The notes under the pieces are model-generated. The model was given only the letters and a program-made list of their open reading frames with translations. It ran no database searches and was not told the origin of the DNA. Shown one piece after another: positions 26,541 through 39,677 of a stretch of 64,000 bases of DNA (positions are counted from its first letter, which is position 1; each line of letters begins with the position of its first letter). The stretch comes from Octopus sinensis. Lineage: Eukaryota. The stretch is taken from contig NC_043000.1 in NCBI RefSeq assembly GCF_006345805.1, positions 43,090,001 through 43,154,000 of the forward strand. The letters are read 5' to 3'. Made by a program: the position numbers and the translations under genes.

Positions 26541-26859
26541 CTTATGAAACAAAAAAAAAAGATATGGGAGAATAAAAACGCTTAGAAACCCGAGCGATTG
26601 GATGGATATATACAGCACCCCGCAGCTATTTTCAAGGTCTTTTTTTCCTTATATCTTCAGTTGATCTTTGGTAAAGAGATTCCTTAACAATTTGATGGGA
26701 AAATGTGGTGATACTTGCATCTAGTAGTTTTCTCGTTTTCCTGACAAGATGAGATCCAATAACTATCTATTTTCCCACCCCTTTTAAATACCTTAAAGCT
26801 ATTATATACAATGGTTTATTATTACTACATCTTTTAGCACAAGCATCGTTGCAGCAATC

Positions 26860-27040
26860 AGTCGTCTTCATCATCATCAAGGCAAACAGCACTAGCACAC
26901 ATGAGCATCATCATTATCATCGTCATCGTTATCGTCGTCGTCACTATGACGACGACGACGACCACTACCACCTTCACCATCACCACCACCACAACCACCG
27001 CTACCACCACCACCACTGCCGTCGCCGTCTTCATAACGAC
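26860..27040. repeat. Compound trinucleotide tract (CAT/CGT/GAC/CAC)n
   Basis: Direct reading. Confidence 0.85.
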
Positions 27041-27399
27041 CGATGTAAATATACTTTTCAATGTCTCCCCCACTGAGTATTAATTTCGCTGTATAATCTG
27101 CCTTGAGATTTTTTGCATGTACGCATATTTATAAACATAAATTGATTGTAAAGTATGTGCTAATGTAGTTCTATCATTATTCCACATAGACTGGGCAAAA
27201 ATAGTCTCACACAAACACACACAGACACATACACTCACACACACATGTATATGCATACATACATAATTCACTCACGCACACATGTATATATACATACACA
27301 CACACATTGTACACTTACATACACACACCTGCAAATATGCTTACATATATGTTTACCTATATATAAGAGTGCAGGTATGTTTATAGGTAACAAATGTCG

Positions 27400-27590
27400 G
27401 GACAAGGCCAGTGAGTTCGGGAAATGGGGTAAGTCGAAAACAATACCCCCAATCCTCAACTCGTACTTAATATATCGAGGATGAAAGGTAAAGTTTACCG
27501 CCGCAGAATTTAAGTATTGAATGTATAAACGGACGAAATGCCGCTAAACATTTTGTCTTGCGTGCAAACGAGTCTGCAAGCTCGCCGCCT
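27400..27590 (-). mobile_element. Degenerate SINE-B
   Basis: GGATGAAAGGTAAAGTTTACC..GAATTT...GGACGAAATGCCGCTAAACATTT...GCTCGCCGCCTT. Confidence 0.7.
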
Positions 27591-27671
27591 TGTACAAATA
27601 TATATATTGCCAATATTTTTTTAATGCCTTCTATTTTCAGTTATATTGTGATTGTAAATTTAATAATAATA

Positions 27672-27750
<79 letters not shown>

Positions 27751-27752
<2 letters not shown>

Positions 27753-28279
27753 CCCTGATGCAATACCAGGCAGTGGCTCTCTTGGCTTCTAACTGATTGG
27801 AAGTGTTATCGTGTACATTGTTTTGTCTTGGTATAAAAATGGGCTACAGCAAATATTCTGCTCAATGCCACAGAGATGCTTGTCAGCTGTTTGACCTTAA
27901 CCAGCAGAGCATTTCCCTTGGTAGCTGGCAATATGTGCATTTCTGATCATGAGCAGAAGTAGTGGGGGAGCATCATAGCCATATGTTCAGAAGAATTCTT
28001 TGGGGTTTAGATAATTCAGCTCTGGAAACATGGGTGTTTCTTTCAACATCCTCAAACAACCCTTATTCAGGTACCTTTTCACCAGGATGGGATACTCGAC
28101 CTGAAGAAAATTCGAACTAGGCCTCATCTGCAAGGTCAGGTGCTGTTTATCTTGATACGAGATCAGCATGTCGCGCTCATATAGTTGTGATGCATTGCCT
28201 GGTATACACTTATCAGATGGGTAAGTCATGATGGCTATACCGGGCTTCGTATATTTTAACCCAGTGTCACTCAATGATA
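27751..28279. mobile_element. Unclassified ~530-bp interspersed-repeat-like element flanked by (AAT)n on both sides
   Basis: Complex, GC-richer segment set sharply between two (AAT)n tracts; no credible ORF. Confidence 0.5.
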
Positions 28280-28291
28280 GCAATAATAATA

Positions 28292-28353
<62 letters not shown>

Positions 28354-28354
<1 letters not shown>

Positions 28355-28890
28355 GTAACCATTCTGTGGGACTTTCCAGTACATACAGACCGAACCATCA
28401 AGGCCAATAAACCAGATATTGTTGTGAAAGACCAAAACAATAAAGTTTGCTTATTGATCGACATGAGCATCCCCTGTGATCATAATATCTCAGCGAAAGA
28501 GTTTGACAAGCTCAGAAAATATAAAGACCTACTCATTGAAATTGAGAAAATGTGGCATCTCAAGGCGGTTACAATACCAGTGATCGTAGGAGCACTAGGA
28601 ATGATCAAGAAGGGAACCGAAAATTATATGAGAATGATCCCTGGCTTACCATCCCTGCAAGAAGTGCAAAAGATTGTCTTAATTGGTACATCACACGTAT
28701 TGAGAAGAGCATTGTCGATGTGAGAACTGTTGCTGCTCATGTATTTTAATTTAACTTAAAAAAAAAAAAAAAATTAACGAACTATTGAGTTTGGTTTAAT
28801 GGCCTACCAATGTATACTATGAGTTTCTTTGCCCTAGGAGTCGGGAAGACACTCGGCAAGAAATGGAAGCAAATTTGAAAGAAGAAAAAA
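28354..28890 (+). mobile_element. 5'-truncated R4/Dong-like non-LTR retrotransposon (restriction-like endonuclease C-terminus and 3' UTR) in (AAT)n
   Basis: ILWDFPVHTDRTIKANKPDIVVKD..CLLIDMSIP..EFDKLRKYKDL..MW..PVIVGALG carries the RLE PD..D motif; stop at 28723; (AAT)n on both sides. Confidence 0.85.
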
Positions 28891-28908
28891 GTAGTAATAA
28901 TAATAATA

Positions 28909-28963
<55 letters not shown>

Positions 28964-28997
28964 TAATAATAATAATAATAAAATAATAATAATAATC

Positions 28998-29033
<36 letters not shown>

Positions 29034-29092
29034 GTAGTAATAGTAGTAGTAGTTATAATAATAATAATAAAAATAATAATAATAATAAATAA
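28891..29092. repeat. (AAT)n microsatellite
   Basis: Direct reading; further tracts at 27659-27750 and 28280-28353. Confidence 0.95.
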
Positions 29093-29322
29093 ATAATTAA
29101 ATAAATAGATGTTTGCAAATACGTAGCAAAAACTTTTGGAAGTATTTTAATATCAAACTTTCTGCAAAACTGACGAGATTCAAATCTGAAATACTTAGCA
29201 AAATAAATTTTATGAATTCCTTGGATTTGAGAATGATTGATTCTCACTACGATGTAAGTATATTCATATATATATATATATACACACATGCACACACACA
29301 CACACACACGCACACACACACA

Positions 29323-29378
<56 letters not shown>

Positions 29379-29391
29379 GTATATATGTATG

Positions 29392-29467
<76 letters not shown>

Positions 29468-29481
29468 ATATACATATATAT

Positions 29482-30289
29482 AACTTATAAATAGGGGCAA
29501 ACAAAAGAATTTCTAATGCCTGATATGCCGAAAAATTGGACATATTGTCCATTACCATATAATTTTTCACAATACGCACGCAACTCGAAAAAAAGCCGAC
29601 AGAAATTTCTAAAAAATTCCACTATTACCATATCGGACCGATTTCAGGGTAGTTGGTAAGAACCCTCCCTTCGTCAGTGATAAATGTGGTAAAGAAATAA
29701 ATGAGATACTTACTCATACCCATGGAAAAAGCAAAATACTAAGTCATGAGCACAATTAAGTACCCCAAATACATCCAAAATAGAAATACTCCAGCCCATT
29801 CAAGACACGTGCGATTTGAACTGAGGCTCTCATATTTAATGAAGGATAAAATTTTTTCGAAAAAAATTTTATCAATGGCCAGCATATTAAAAAATACCTT
29901 TAAAGGTTAAAAATATAAACAACTTATAAATAAGAGCAAACGAAACAATTTCTAATGCCAAATATGCCGAAAAATTGGACATATTGTCCATTACCATATA
30001 TTTTTTCACAATACGCACGCTACTCGAAAAAAAGCCGACAGAAATTTCCAAAAAAATCCATTATTAACATATTATTGTGAAAAATTATATGGTAATGGAC
30101 AATTTTTCGGCATATTTGGCATTAGAAATTTTTTCGTTTGCCCTTATTTATAAGTTGTTTATAATTTTAACCTTTTAAGGTATTTTTTAATATGCTAGCC
30201 ATTCATAAAATTTTTTTCGAAAAAGTTTTATCCTACATTAAATATAAATTTAAGTGTTCACTAGGCCTCACACTATGAGAGAGCCTCAG

Positions 30290-30359
<70 letters not shown>

Positions 30360-30832
30360 TATATATGTATATTTATATATATATTTATGTGTGTGTGTGT
30401 ATGTTTGTATAAATATGAACAAACTGGCGTTCATTTTATGGTAAGCGGCGAAATGTGTACTGTACGATGCAAGCAAGATGATTTTGTTTTCGAACGCGGA
30501 TTTTGCCGTTAGAACCGCAGGAATATTGGGTAAATTACCCTTACAAAGTCGAAAAAAGGTCTTTTTTTTGTATCGTACAATACACTTTTCGACACTTCTA
30601 ATAAAACAACTTTTAGTTTGCTTATAATTACTTACATGTGTTGTTCGGTTAACAATTTAGCGCATTTAAATCAGTGTAAGTATGGCCGCTAGAAGTTTAG
30701 CTTAATGGTAAATCACTCATCCGGAATCTTGAGGTATGTGGATTCGTTTTCCATGGCTGTCTGTTGACAATCTTCTTACATTAAATATAAATTTAAGTGT
30801 TCACTAGGCCTCACACTCTGAGAGGGCCTCAG

Positions 30833-30836
<4 letters not shown>
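29482..30836. mobile_element. Foldback/MITE-like family with long TIRs: palindromic copy 29817-30293, partial arm from 29482, extra right end 30775-30836
   Basis: TGAACTGAGGCTCTC (29817) pairs with GAGAGCCTCAGTTCA (ends 30293); ~180-bp inverted arms; right ends abut (TA)n. Confidence 0.75.
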
Positions 30837-30882
<46 letters not shown>

Positions 30883-30912
30883 CATACATACATACATACA
30901 TACATACATACT

Positions 30913-30962
<50 letters not shown>

Positions 30963-31496
30963 GTATATATATATTTAAAAAAATTATCTCGTTTGGCTTA
31001 ACAGCCCTTCTTGTCTGTGTTACTGTTATTTTCCGTGTCCTGTCTTTTACTGTTAATATTTTGTACTGTCGTTACTGTCCTGTTTTTATTACCATATTTA
31101 CCCCTCCGCAAAAAATCTCAAATTTTATTTAATTTGATTTTCGAAGGAAGGAAAATTTCATTGAATCCATGTATTACCTTGACCTTCGAAACGTGGAGTA
31201 GATGAAATTAAGGCGACTGAAGAAGGGGAATTTTCCTTGTTTTGTATGTCCTGTACTCTATTTTTTCGTTGTTTTAAAAAAATGTCCATTTCCTTGGTTT
31301 TGTGTTTATGTTTTCGTTTCTCATTGTGTTCGACGTTTTTTTGGTGTCCTGTACCCATATATGCATGTATATATACATGTAGAGGTAGGTACGTACATAT
31401 ATGTATGAATATATGCATATGCTTTATTTATTTATTAATTTATTATATATATACATATATACATATACATACATACATACATACATATATATATAT

Positions 31497-31905
31497 AGCG
31501 TAGGAGTGGCTGTGTTGTATGTTGCTTGCTTACGAACCACATGGTTCCGGGTTCAGTGCGCGTGGCACCTTGGGCAAGTGCCTTTTACTCTAGCCTCGGG
31601 TCGACTAAAGCCTTGATTGTATTTGGTAGACGGAAACTGAAAGAAGCCTATCGTATATATGTATATATACGTATATATGTATGTGTGCGTATATGTTTGT
31701 GTGTCTGCATTTATCCGCCCAATATCGCTTGACAGCCGATGCTGGTGTGTTTACGTCCCTGTAACCAAGCTGTTCGGCAAAAGTGATCGATAGAATAAGT
31801 ACTAGGCTTTCAAAGAATAAGTCCTGGGATCCATTTGCTCGACTAAAGGCGGTGCTCCAGCATGGCCACAGTCAGATGACTGAAACAAGTAAAAGAGTAA
31901 AAGAG
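31497..31905 (+). mobile_element. SINE-A, full length, empty target site
   Basis: Head, CORE-like segment, internal TA/TG tract and tail CCAGCATGGCCACAGTCAGATGACTGAAACAAGTAAAAG. Confidence 0.85.
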
Positions 31906-31909
31906 AGTA

Positions 31910-31970
<61 letters not shown>

Positions 31971-32329
31971 AATCTGCCTTCACACTACTTATAACACTTC
32001 CTCTCTAAGAAACCTTTTATCTGACAGCTATACATTAAGCACTTAATAATCTCTGTATATCCTAATCTAATATTATTCATTTCAAGATGGATAATGTCAC
32101 GAACTAATCGAAGTCACTTACTGACTTGTATATGTTTTATCACTTCCAGATGAGTGGAATAAAACAATTAACTCTAGGAAAACCAGAAGACTAGATCAAA
32201 TGTAATGTCACGAAATACGGTAAAATGTTTGCTTCATCATTTTTGGTTCTACTCTGTTGCTCCCATCCACGAAGCATGAAATATACAAGGTTCATTTTAG
32301 AAGTTTTGAGACATTTTGATGGGAGACAT

Positions 32330-32700
32330 TCATTAATTTCAAAACAAGTTGCAAAACTAATCTTCAAAGTACAATCCTCTGTAGTAAATGTACTTTAATG
32401 CCGCTCTCCAGCCACTTTGTGAAGGCCCCATAGAAGTCCCATAGAAGATGGAGAAAGCTGTGACAATGGTTCCTTCATCTTCCTAGTGTTTTCAAAATGA
32501 TTGCCCATGAGGTTCCCCTTCACCATGTGGAACAACCAAAAGTCACTGGGAAGATTAGGATCAGTTTTGACGCTCGTCTCTGTCAAGTAGTTTAACAGGA
32601 GGAAATAATTGTGGACTGGTACATATAATTACCACAGACGCGACGAAACCTCTTCTTAAGCTCCCTCAAACTCTCCATAAATAACCCTTATGTGTATAAC
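32330..32700 (-). pseudogene. Mariner transposase C-terminal remnant
   Basis: LRELKKRFRR...YLTETSVKTDPNLPSDFWLFHMVKGNLMGNHFE resembles mariner YSPDLAPSDFxLFxxLKxxLxGxRF. Confidence 0.65.
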
Positions 32701-32759
32701 TATAACTCTGCTTTTAAAATTAGTTTTATGTCCAATATATATCTAAATCTATATGTATA

Positions 32760-32802
<43 letters not shown>

Positions 32803-33109
32803 ATTAAATTAAACAACTCGATAAATATAGATCGAAATAACTATTGCAGTAGGGGTTATATAAAAGTCTGAATTACTTGAAGTTCGTAACGGCACTTTAT
32901 AGTTGGATTCAATCCAATGACCAAAGACAGAAGAGATTACATGACTGCAACAATATGAACTTAAATTCAATGAAAATTTTATTCAAAATATAATAATATA
33001 CAAGAAGATGCTGAAATGAATTAATACCAAAAAATGTTAATAGATAATTAAGTGTAAGATAATAAATGGTGACATTATGTAATGGTTAAATAGATTTTTT
33101 CATATATAT

Positions 33110-33490
33110 ATATATATGGTAAAGAAGTTCGCCTTACATTCATGAGATTCCAGATTCAATTACAGTAGGTGGTAGCCTGGGCAAGTGCCTTCTACCAAGA
33201 CCTCAAACCTTGCGGTGAGTAATGGGGTAGATTGAAAGAGGGTAATAACTTGTGTAAATTACACCCTGCTCTTCGAAAGTTCACTCTAATCACAATATTG
33301 ATTTGAAATTTTGGCATAAGGTCATTCGACTACATTAACCAGCAGTGCACAACTAGTACTTATTTTATCGACCTCGAAAGGATGATAAGCAAAGACGATC
33401 ACGGTCACGGCTGAATTTGAACTCAGAACGTAAAGATGGACAAAATGTAGCTAAGTATTTTGCCAGGGTTGTTAACGGTTCTGCAGGTTT
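33110..33490. mobile_element. Degenerate SINE-A head (plus) and SINE-B (minus)
   Basis: GGTAGCCTGGGCAAGTGCCTTCTAC; TTTTATCGACCTCGAAAGGATGATAAG..GAATTTGAACTCAGAACGTAAAG. Confidence 0.6.
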
Positions 33491-34504
33491 ACCACCTTTC
33501 ACGCTGACAGAATATCCAACGTAACATATCAGAAGGATTTTATTTATCATCTTTCTACTAAATAATTATTTTTAATATAACAGCTTTCGGAGGCTGTTAT
33601 ATTATTTTAAAGGTAATTGCTTAAATGACCAGTATTTAATTTATTGAGCCCAAGAGGATTACAATGAAGTTGACTGCAGAAGAACGAGAGGAAATGAACT
33701 CAATGTAGCAAAAGGGAAGTGAATTCCTGAAGGAAGAGATAAGAAAATGTCCATAGATAGAAAGAAATCAACTCCAGAGGGAAGACAGTAAAAAATGGCC
33801 TTGAAAAGGGGAAAAAAGTGGAATCGACTTGAAAAAGATGAAAAGAAAAAGACTCTAGCAGAGAGAAAAAAAATGTGTACTTCAGAAGGATGAAAAAACA
33901 TATTAACAGTGGTATGATTTTTAACTCACAGGTAAATATATATCTGACAATACAGGAAAAATTTATACTTATATTTCACAGATTTTGCTACTACCGCACT
34001 TCTGATACAATAACAATCATTAATATAGAAAGTGATTCCATGTTTTTGCGAAGTCACAGTTATATTATATTAACAAGTTTTTGTACTAAACTTTATCACA
34101 ATGAAATTTTGACTGATTTTCAAAACCTAAAATCCTTCGTAAAATGATGTAGTTTTGGGTCAGAATGCATTTTAATTATAAAAATCTAATTAATTAGATT
34201 CTAATTCGTTCATTGAAAGGAAGTAAATTCCCTATGCATTGAAATTTCAGGCAAATAATTATAATTAAAGAAAACTTTAATTAGATAGGGCGTGAAAGAG
34301 AGATGCACCAGGAGAGGAAAATAGGGGAAAAATTATATGACAACTACATATAGTGCTACATACGTACATGCATACATACATACTACATACATACATACAT
34401 ACATACATACATACATACATACATACATACATGCATGCATACATACATACGTACATACATACATACATACGTACGTACTTAGGTTTGTATGTATGAATAC
34501 ATAT

Positions 34505-35445
34505 GCATGTATAGGAATTGCGTTCAAAAAGTGTCCGGTTTAGGGCATAAAAAAATGTACTTTTCATAAATGTTATTTGATCACCTTCAAAATACTCCTC
34601 TCGGGAATTCACACACTTCTTCCAGCGGCTATTTCACTGTTAGTAACACCTCTGGAACGCCTTCTCTGCAATGCTGTTGAGCGCTGAGGTCACTTTTCTC
34701 ACAATTTCCACTGGTAACTCAAATCGATTCCCTTTTAACGTGGTTTTCTGGTTGGAGAAGAACCAAAGTCATACAGTGCCAAGGAAGGGGAGTGAAAGTA
34801 GGGAGAGTAGGGAACCTGTTGAACAAGTGATGCATTGTTTTTGACGAGGAAAGAATGGATTACGAGCTGTGTTCAAAAAGTATCCGATTTTATTTCTTCG
34901 TCGATTCTCTGCACTCGCAAATACTTCGCTAAAATAGAATGTGCTTATTTCCTCTTCATGAGTGATTTCTTGGATTGTTACACGGCGGTCTCTCATGACT
35001 TCTCGCCGAATATTCTCAATCGAGTTCTAGTTTCAGCTTGCCGATGGCCTGCTTGAATATGCTTGAATATGTCTTGAATATGAGGTATGGCCATGCTTGA
35101 AACGGTTGTACCACTCCATGATTTAAAGTTTGTCCATAGCATCACCGTCAATGATCTGTTAAATCTTCTGGATTATTTAAGCTCGAGTACTACAGAGCTT
35201 TTGACAATATTGGATGCAATATCTCTGCTGAATACCTTCAGTGAAAGCAAAAAATCGATCCGTCGAGGGCATACTACACGTCTGTATAAGTGTGACTGCC
35301 GGGAACTGATGCGTCCTATCGGCGCAGAAATTTTGATGTATACTCAGAAGGAGTGGTGTCATCAACCATCAAAAGAATTTTTTGCTCCCACTGAATTAGT
35401 TTTGGCGGCAAAAATACGTCGGGTAACTTTTGAATATACCTCGTA
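34505..35445 (-). mobile_element. Mariner remnants: TA-flanked internally deleted element 34861-35445 plus an adjacent C-terminal transposase fragment
   Basis: N-terminal HTH QQRYCIQYCQKL..IMEWYNRFKHG and RPSAS..ENIRREVMRDRRVTIQEI; C-terminal LKGNRFE..RWKKCVNSREEYFEGD; TIR-like TACGAGCTGTGTTCAAAAAGTATCCGA / TCGGGTAACTTTTGAATATACCTCGTA. Confidence 0.8.
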
Positions 35446-36315
35446 CGTATGGCGTATGTATGCACATACAAGCTTATATAAGCAAATATGTGTATATAAA
35501 TGCGTATATGTTATTAGAGTCCGTGCGGTAAGAAACCCTTAGAAATATTGATAGTATTATAATCGGCAATTGTTTAACTCTTCCACTGTGTAAATTTAAA
35601 TACATTTGAATACATCTTGATTTTTGATTCGTACACAAAAAAATAAGATGGCCTAAACATGTTTCCAAGTTAATTGAGTATTTTATTAGAGGAGAAATAT
35701 CTCTTTGTTCCTCTGATAGGAAGAAACTTATAGAGAAAATTTCTTCAAGCAAATAATGTCAGCGTTTCGATTAAACTGTTAATAAACATTTATTTACAGT
35801 TAAGTGATTATTAGAACATCTGAGATGAATTGAAAATTATCTTAAACAGTTTAACTAGTTTAATTTCCCCTTTGAACTCTCCTATTCGGTAGCAATTTCA
35901 AAATCCTGCAATTTCTGAAAGATGGCATAATTTCATAACATGCAGCACCTACAGATGTTTAATAGACAGACAAAGTCACTCTCACCCTTTTTGGTACATT
36001 TTATCAAAGAATGAACGAAGCACAGTTGATATGACATTCCACTAGCTTGAATTAATAACACAATGTATGTATTAGAGAGAGTATGTTTGAGAAAGAAATG
36101 TTTATGAATATGTTTCCCTCAAGATTCCTAATGATTGCAGGTATCTATACTAATCTTTGTATGAAAATACGATACGGATTAATTTTGTTTGGTTTCATTA
36201 GTGGAAAGTGTTTATGACATTATCAATATAACAATTATATCCACATGTTTTTGATACTTCAAGTATGGACATGGACATATACATATATAGATTGATATGT
36301 ATATATATGTTTATG

Positions 36316-36346
<31 letters not shown>

Positions 36347-36451
36347 GGGTACACACATACATACATACATACATATATATATATATATAGATAGATAGAT
36401 ATATGGGCACACACATACATACATATATATATATGGGTACATACACATACA

Positions 36452-36865
36452 TACTCTTACTCTTTTACTCTTTTACTTGTTTCAGTCATTTGACTGCGGC
36501 CATGCTGGAGCACCGCCTTTACTCGAGCAACTCGACCCCGGGACTTATTCTTTGTAAGCCCAGTACTTATTCTATCGGTCTGTTTTGCCGAACCGCTAAG
36601 TGACGGGGACATAAACACACCAGCATCGGTTGTCAAGCAATGCCAGGGGGACAGACGCACAGACACACACAGATACACATACATACATATATATACATAT
36701 ATACGACGGGCTTCTTTCAGTTTCCGTCTACCAAATCCACTCACAAGGCTTTGGTCGGCCCGAGGCTATAGTAGAAGACACTTGCCCAAGGTGCCACGGA
36801 GTGGGACTGAACCCGGAACCATGTGGTTTGTAAACAAGCTACTTACCACACAGCCACTCCTGCGT
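36452..36865 (-). mobile_element. SINE-A, intact, empty target site (variant AAGTAGCTTGTTTAC)
   Basis: Uninterrupted head, body, microsatellite and tail; serves as the reference for the split copies. Confidence 0.92.
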
Positions 36866-37134
36866 CTATTATATATATATATATATATATATAATAACTG
36901 TATATAATATATATCATAATGATATTTATTCTCCGATTTGAATCAACAATTTTTTAAATATAAACAAACTACCCCAAAAATATAGATTTGTCAATAACTG
37001 TACTGAACAGTAACACTTCTGTTTTGTATTGCAACCGGCTGATGTCATTAGTTTATAGAAAATTTTACGGAAACATAATTTCATCAGTACGTTCGGCAGA
37101 TGAACTGCCTGCTATACAGATATATATCAGGGCA

Positions 37135-37184
37135 AGACAGGAGAGAGAGAGACGAGAGAAAGAGCTGAGTGGAGAGAGAGATAC

Positions 37185-37225
<41 letters not shown>

Positions 37226-37350
37226 CTTTATTCACCATAAGGTTGAGAAAAAGAGGGGACAAAACAAACGTTGGGGTCAGGATATCGAATGAGACGAAAC
37301 ATGAATAAACAAACAATTAAAATATATACAATTAAATGAGATAGAGATAG

Positions 37351-37384
<34 letters not shown>

Positions 37385-37460
37385 CGAGATGAAGATGACG
37401 GGCAAGAGAAAGAGAGAGAGAGGGGGATAGAGAGCAAGTGTGAGAGAAAAGAGAAAAAGA
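37135..37460. repeat. (GA)n-rich tracts
   Basis: Direct reading. Confidence 0.9.
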
Positions 37461-38484
37461 GAGTGAGATATACGCACTAATACTCATCTGTTTCACATAA
37501 ACTCTGATGAAACCTAATTTGCAGACATTACATCCACCTCATAATGCAAATAAGGCAATAACTGGACATGAAATCAAACTACATATATTGCACCATTAGG
37601 AAGTTATTATATTAATGAATTATACATAAAAATTATTGAAACGAAATAAGAAATACTTTTTCTTATACACTTATTGACAGATCTGTACTGTAAAATCTCA
37701 CTGTCAGACAATGTAACTGGATGTTTATATAGAAGCATAACAAGATCGCTTGATTTAAGTGCTTGTAATATGATGAGAAATGATGGTTCAGGTTGTGTTG
37801 CTGCGCTGCAGCGGTCAAGTGATTCATGACAATTTACATGAAATAAAATGTGCTATAATACTGCTGGATTGATATGAGTTGTATTAACGTGCACGACCAC
37901 AGTACTAAAATATCATAGAATAAGAAGTTTGTACATGCTAAATCAAGATACTCATGTGTTTTGGAATACACGTTTGAAAGCATTTCAATTCATATTCACT
38001 TCATTGTTTGGTCATAATTCTTCCAATGTCCCTACTTCATTGCAATATATTACACTTTCCCTGATTCAGACAGGAAACAATATGATGAAAAATTTTAGGA
38101 TATCTAGCATGCATATCCTTACACATATACATATCCCATGCGCAAATATACTCTCATGCTAAGGAACATATACACATATATCCATGTACAAAAGCGCATA
38201 CACATATATTCCCACATAAACATTGATTACGTTTGCCTATGCGTGTGTAACTATGTACGAGCGTATGTATGTGAGCGCACACGTGTGCGCAGGTGTAAAC
38301 ACACAGATATTTGCAAGGATTTCCTCTTTGAGAAGTTTCTACACAATCTCTACGTACGTATAAGAAACCATACCAATCACCCACAATCAAGAATAAGAGA
38401 TTTTTCATAGGCAAACGAGATGATTTCTGAAAACGTCCTTTGCTTTAGCTTCAGTCGTAACATAAACGGCCATATAATATATAT

Positions 38485-38719
38485 ATAGGTGCAGGAGTGG
38501 CTGTGTGGCAACTAGCTTGCTTAGTAACCACATGGTTCTGGTTCAGTCTCACTCCGTGGCACCTTGGGCAACTGTCGTCTGCTATAGCAAGCCTTGTGAG
38601 TGGATCTGGTTGACGGAAACTGAAACAAGCCTGTCGTATATATATATATGTACGTATGTATGTATGTATGTGCATGTATATGTTTGTGTGTCTATGTTTG
38701 TCCTCCCAACATCACTAGA
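38485..38719 (+). mobile_element. SINE-A, empty target site, 3' part replaced by the TIR element
   Basis: AGGTGCAGGAGTGGCTGTGTGGCAACTAGCTTGCTTAGTAACCACATGG... Confidence 0.8.
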
Positions 38720-39159
38720 CATTATGCTCATATTAAGCCAGGTGTGATAAGTTAATATGTGGTTATAAATGAGACACTTACAAAAATATCCCAAGGCCTC
38801 TTCAGAGATTATAAAGTACAAACTAAACTAAATATGAATATCAGAGGAGGTACACCCATACAAGAGTGGGTACATACCCATAATATATAATATACACATA
38901 CATATGGGTGCATATACCCATACTCCTATATATATATACACATATACATAATAATATACAACAATATACATACATATGTTCTATATTCAGGGTTACAGTT
39001 GGTCAAAACAATATATTAGAATATTACAATATACAAACATACATATATCTATATTCAAATGCACATATACAAAGTCAAAAGTTCATTATATTAAGTTACA
39101 AAATGCCATTAATATTACCATCATTATTATTACCATTGCCACTATTGCTACTAATATTA

Positions 39160-39194
<35 letters not shown>

Positions 39195-39677
39195 AACATA
39201 ATACCAGCAAAACAATATATGCATCACGCGGTTCACTGTACATATTATGTGGAAAAAAATCAGGTAGAATACATCAACATCAAAATATATTGGAATAGCA
39301 ACATAATAGCAACAACAACAACAACAACAACAACAATAATACTGTACAATGCAAAACATTATAGATCGGCAAATACATATAAAATGAAAAATATTAATTT
39401 ACATCATAGCAAAGTTCATAAGTGTACAAGCATATAAACGCATGCCAGCCATAGTTATATATATATATATATATAGGAGTATGGGTATATGCACTCATAT
39501 GTATGTGTATATTATATATTATGGGTATGTACTCTTGTATGGGTGTACCTCCTCTGATATTCATATTTAGTTTAGTTTGTACTTTATAATCTCTGAAGAG
39601 GCCTTGGGATATTTTTGTAAGTGTCTCATTTATAACCACATATTAACTTATCACACCTGGCTAATATGAACATAATG
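38720..39677. mobile_element. ~960-bp non-autonomous foldback element with ~220-bp near-perfect terminal inverted repeats
   Basis: 38720-38938 is the reverse complement of 39456-39677 apart from a few substitutions and small indels; termini CATTATG/CATAATG; no ORF inside. Confidence 0.85.

Noticed and set aside
35087-35542. 151-aa plus-strand ORF
   Set aside because: It is the antisense frame of the mariner N-terminal remnant.
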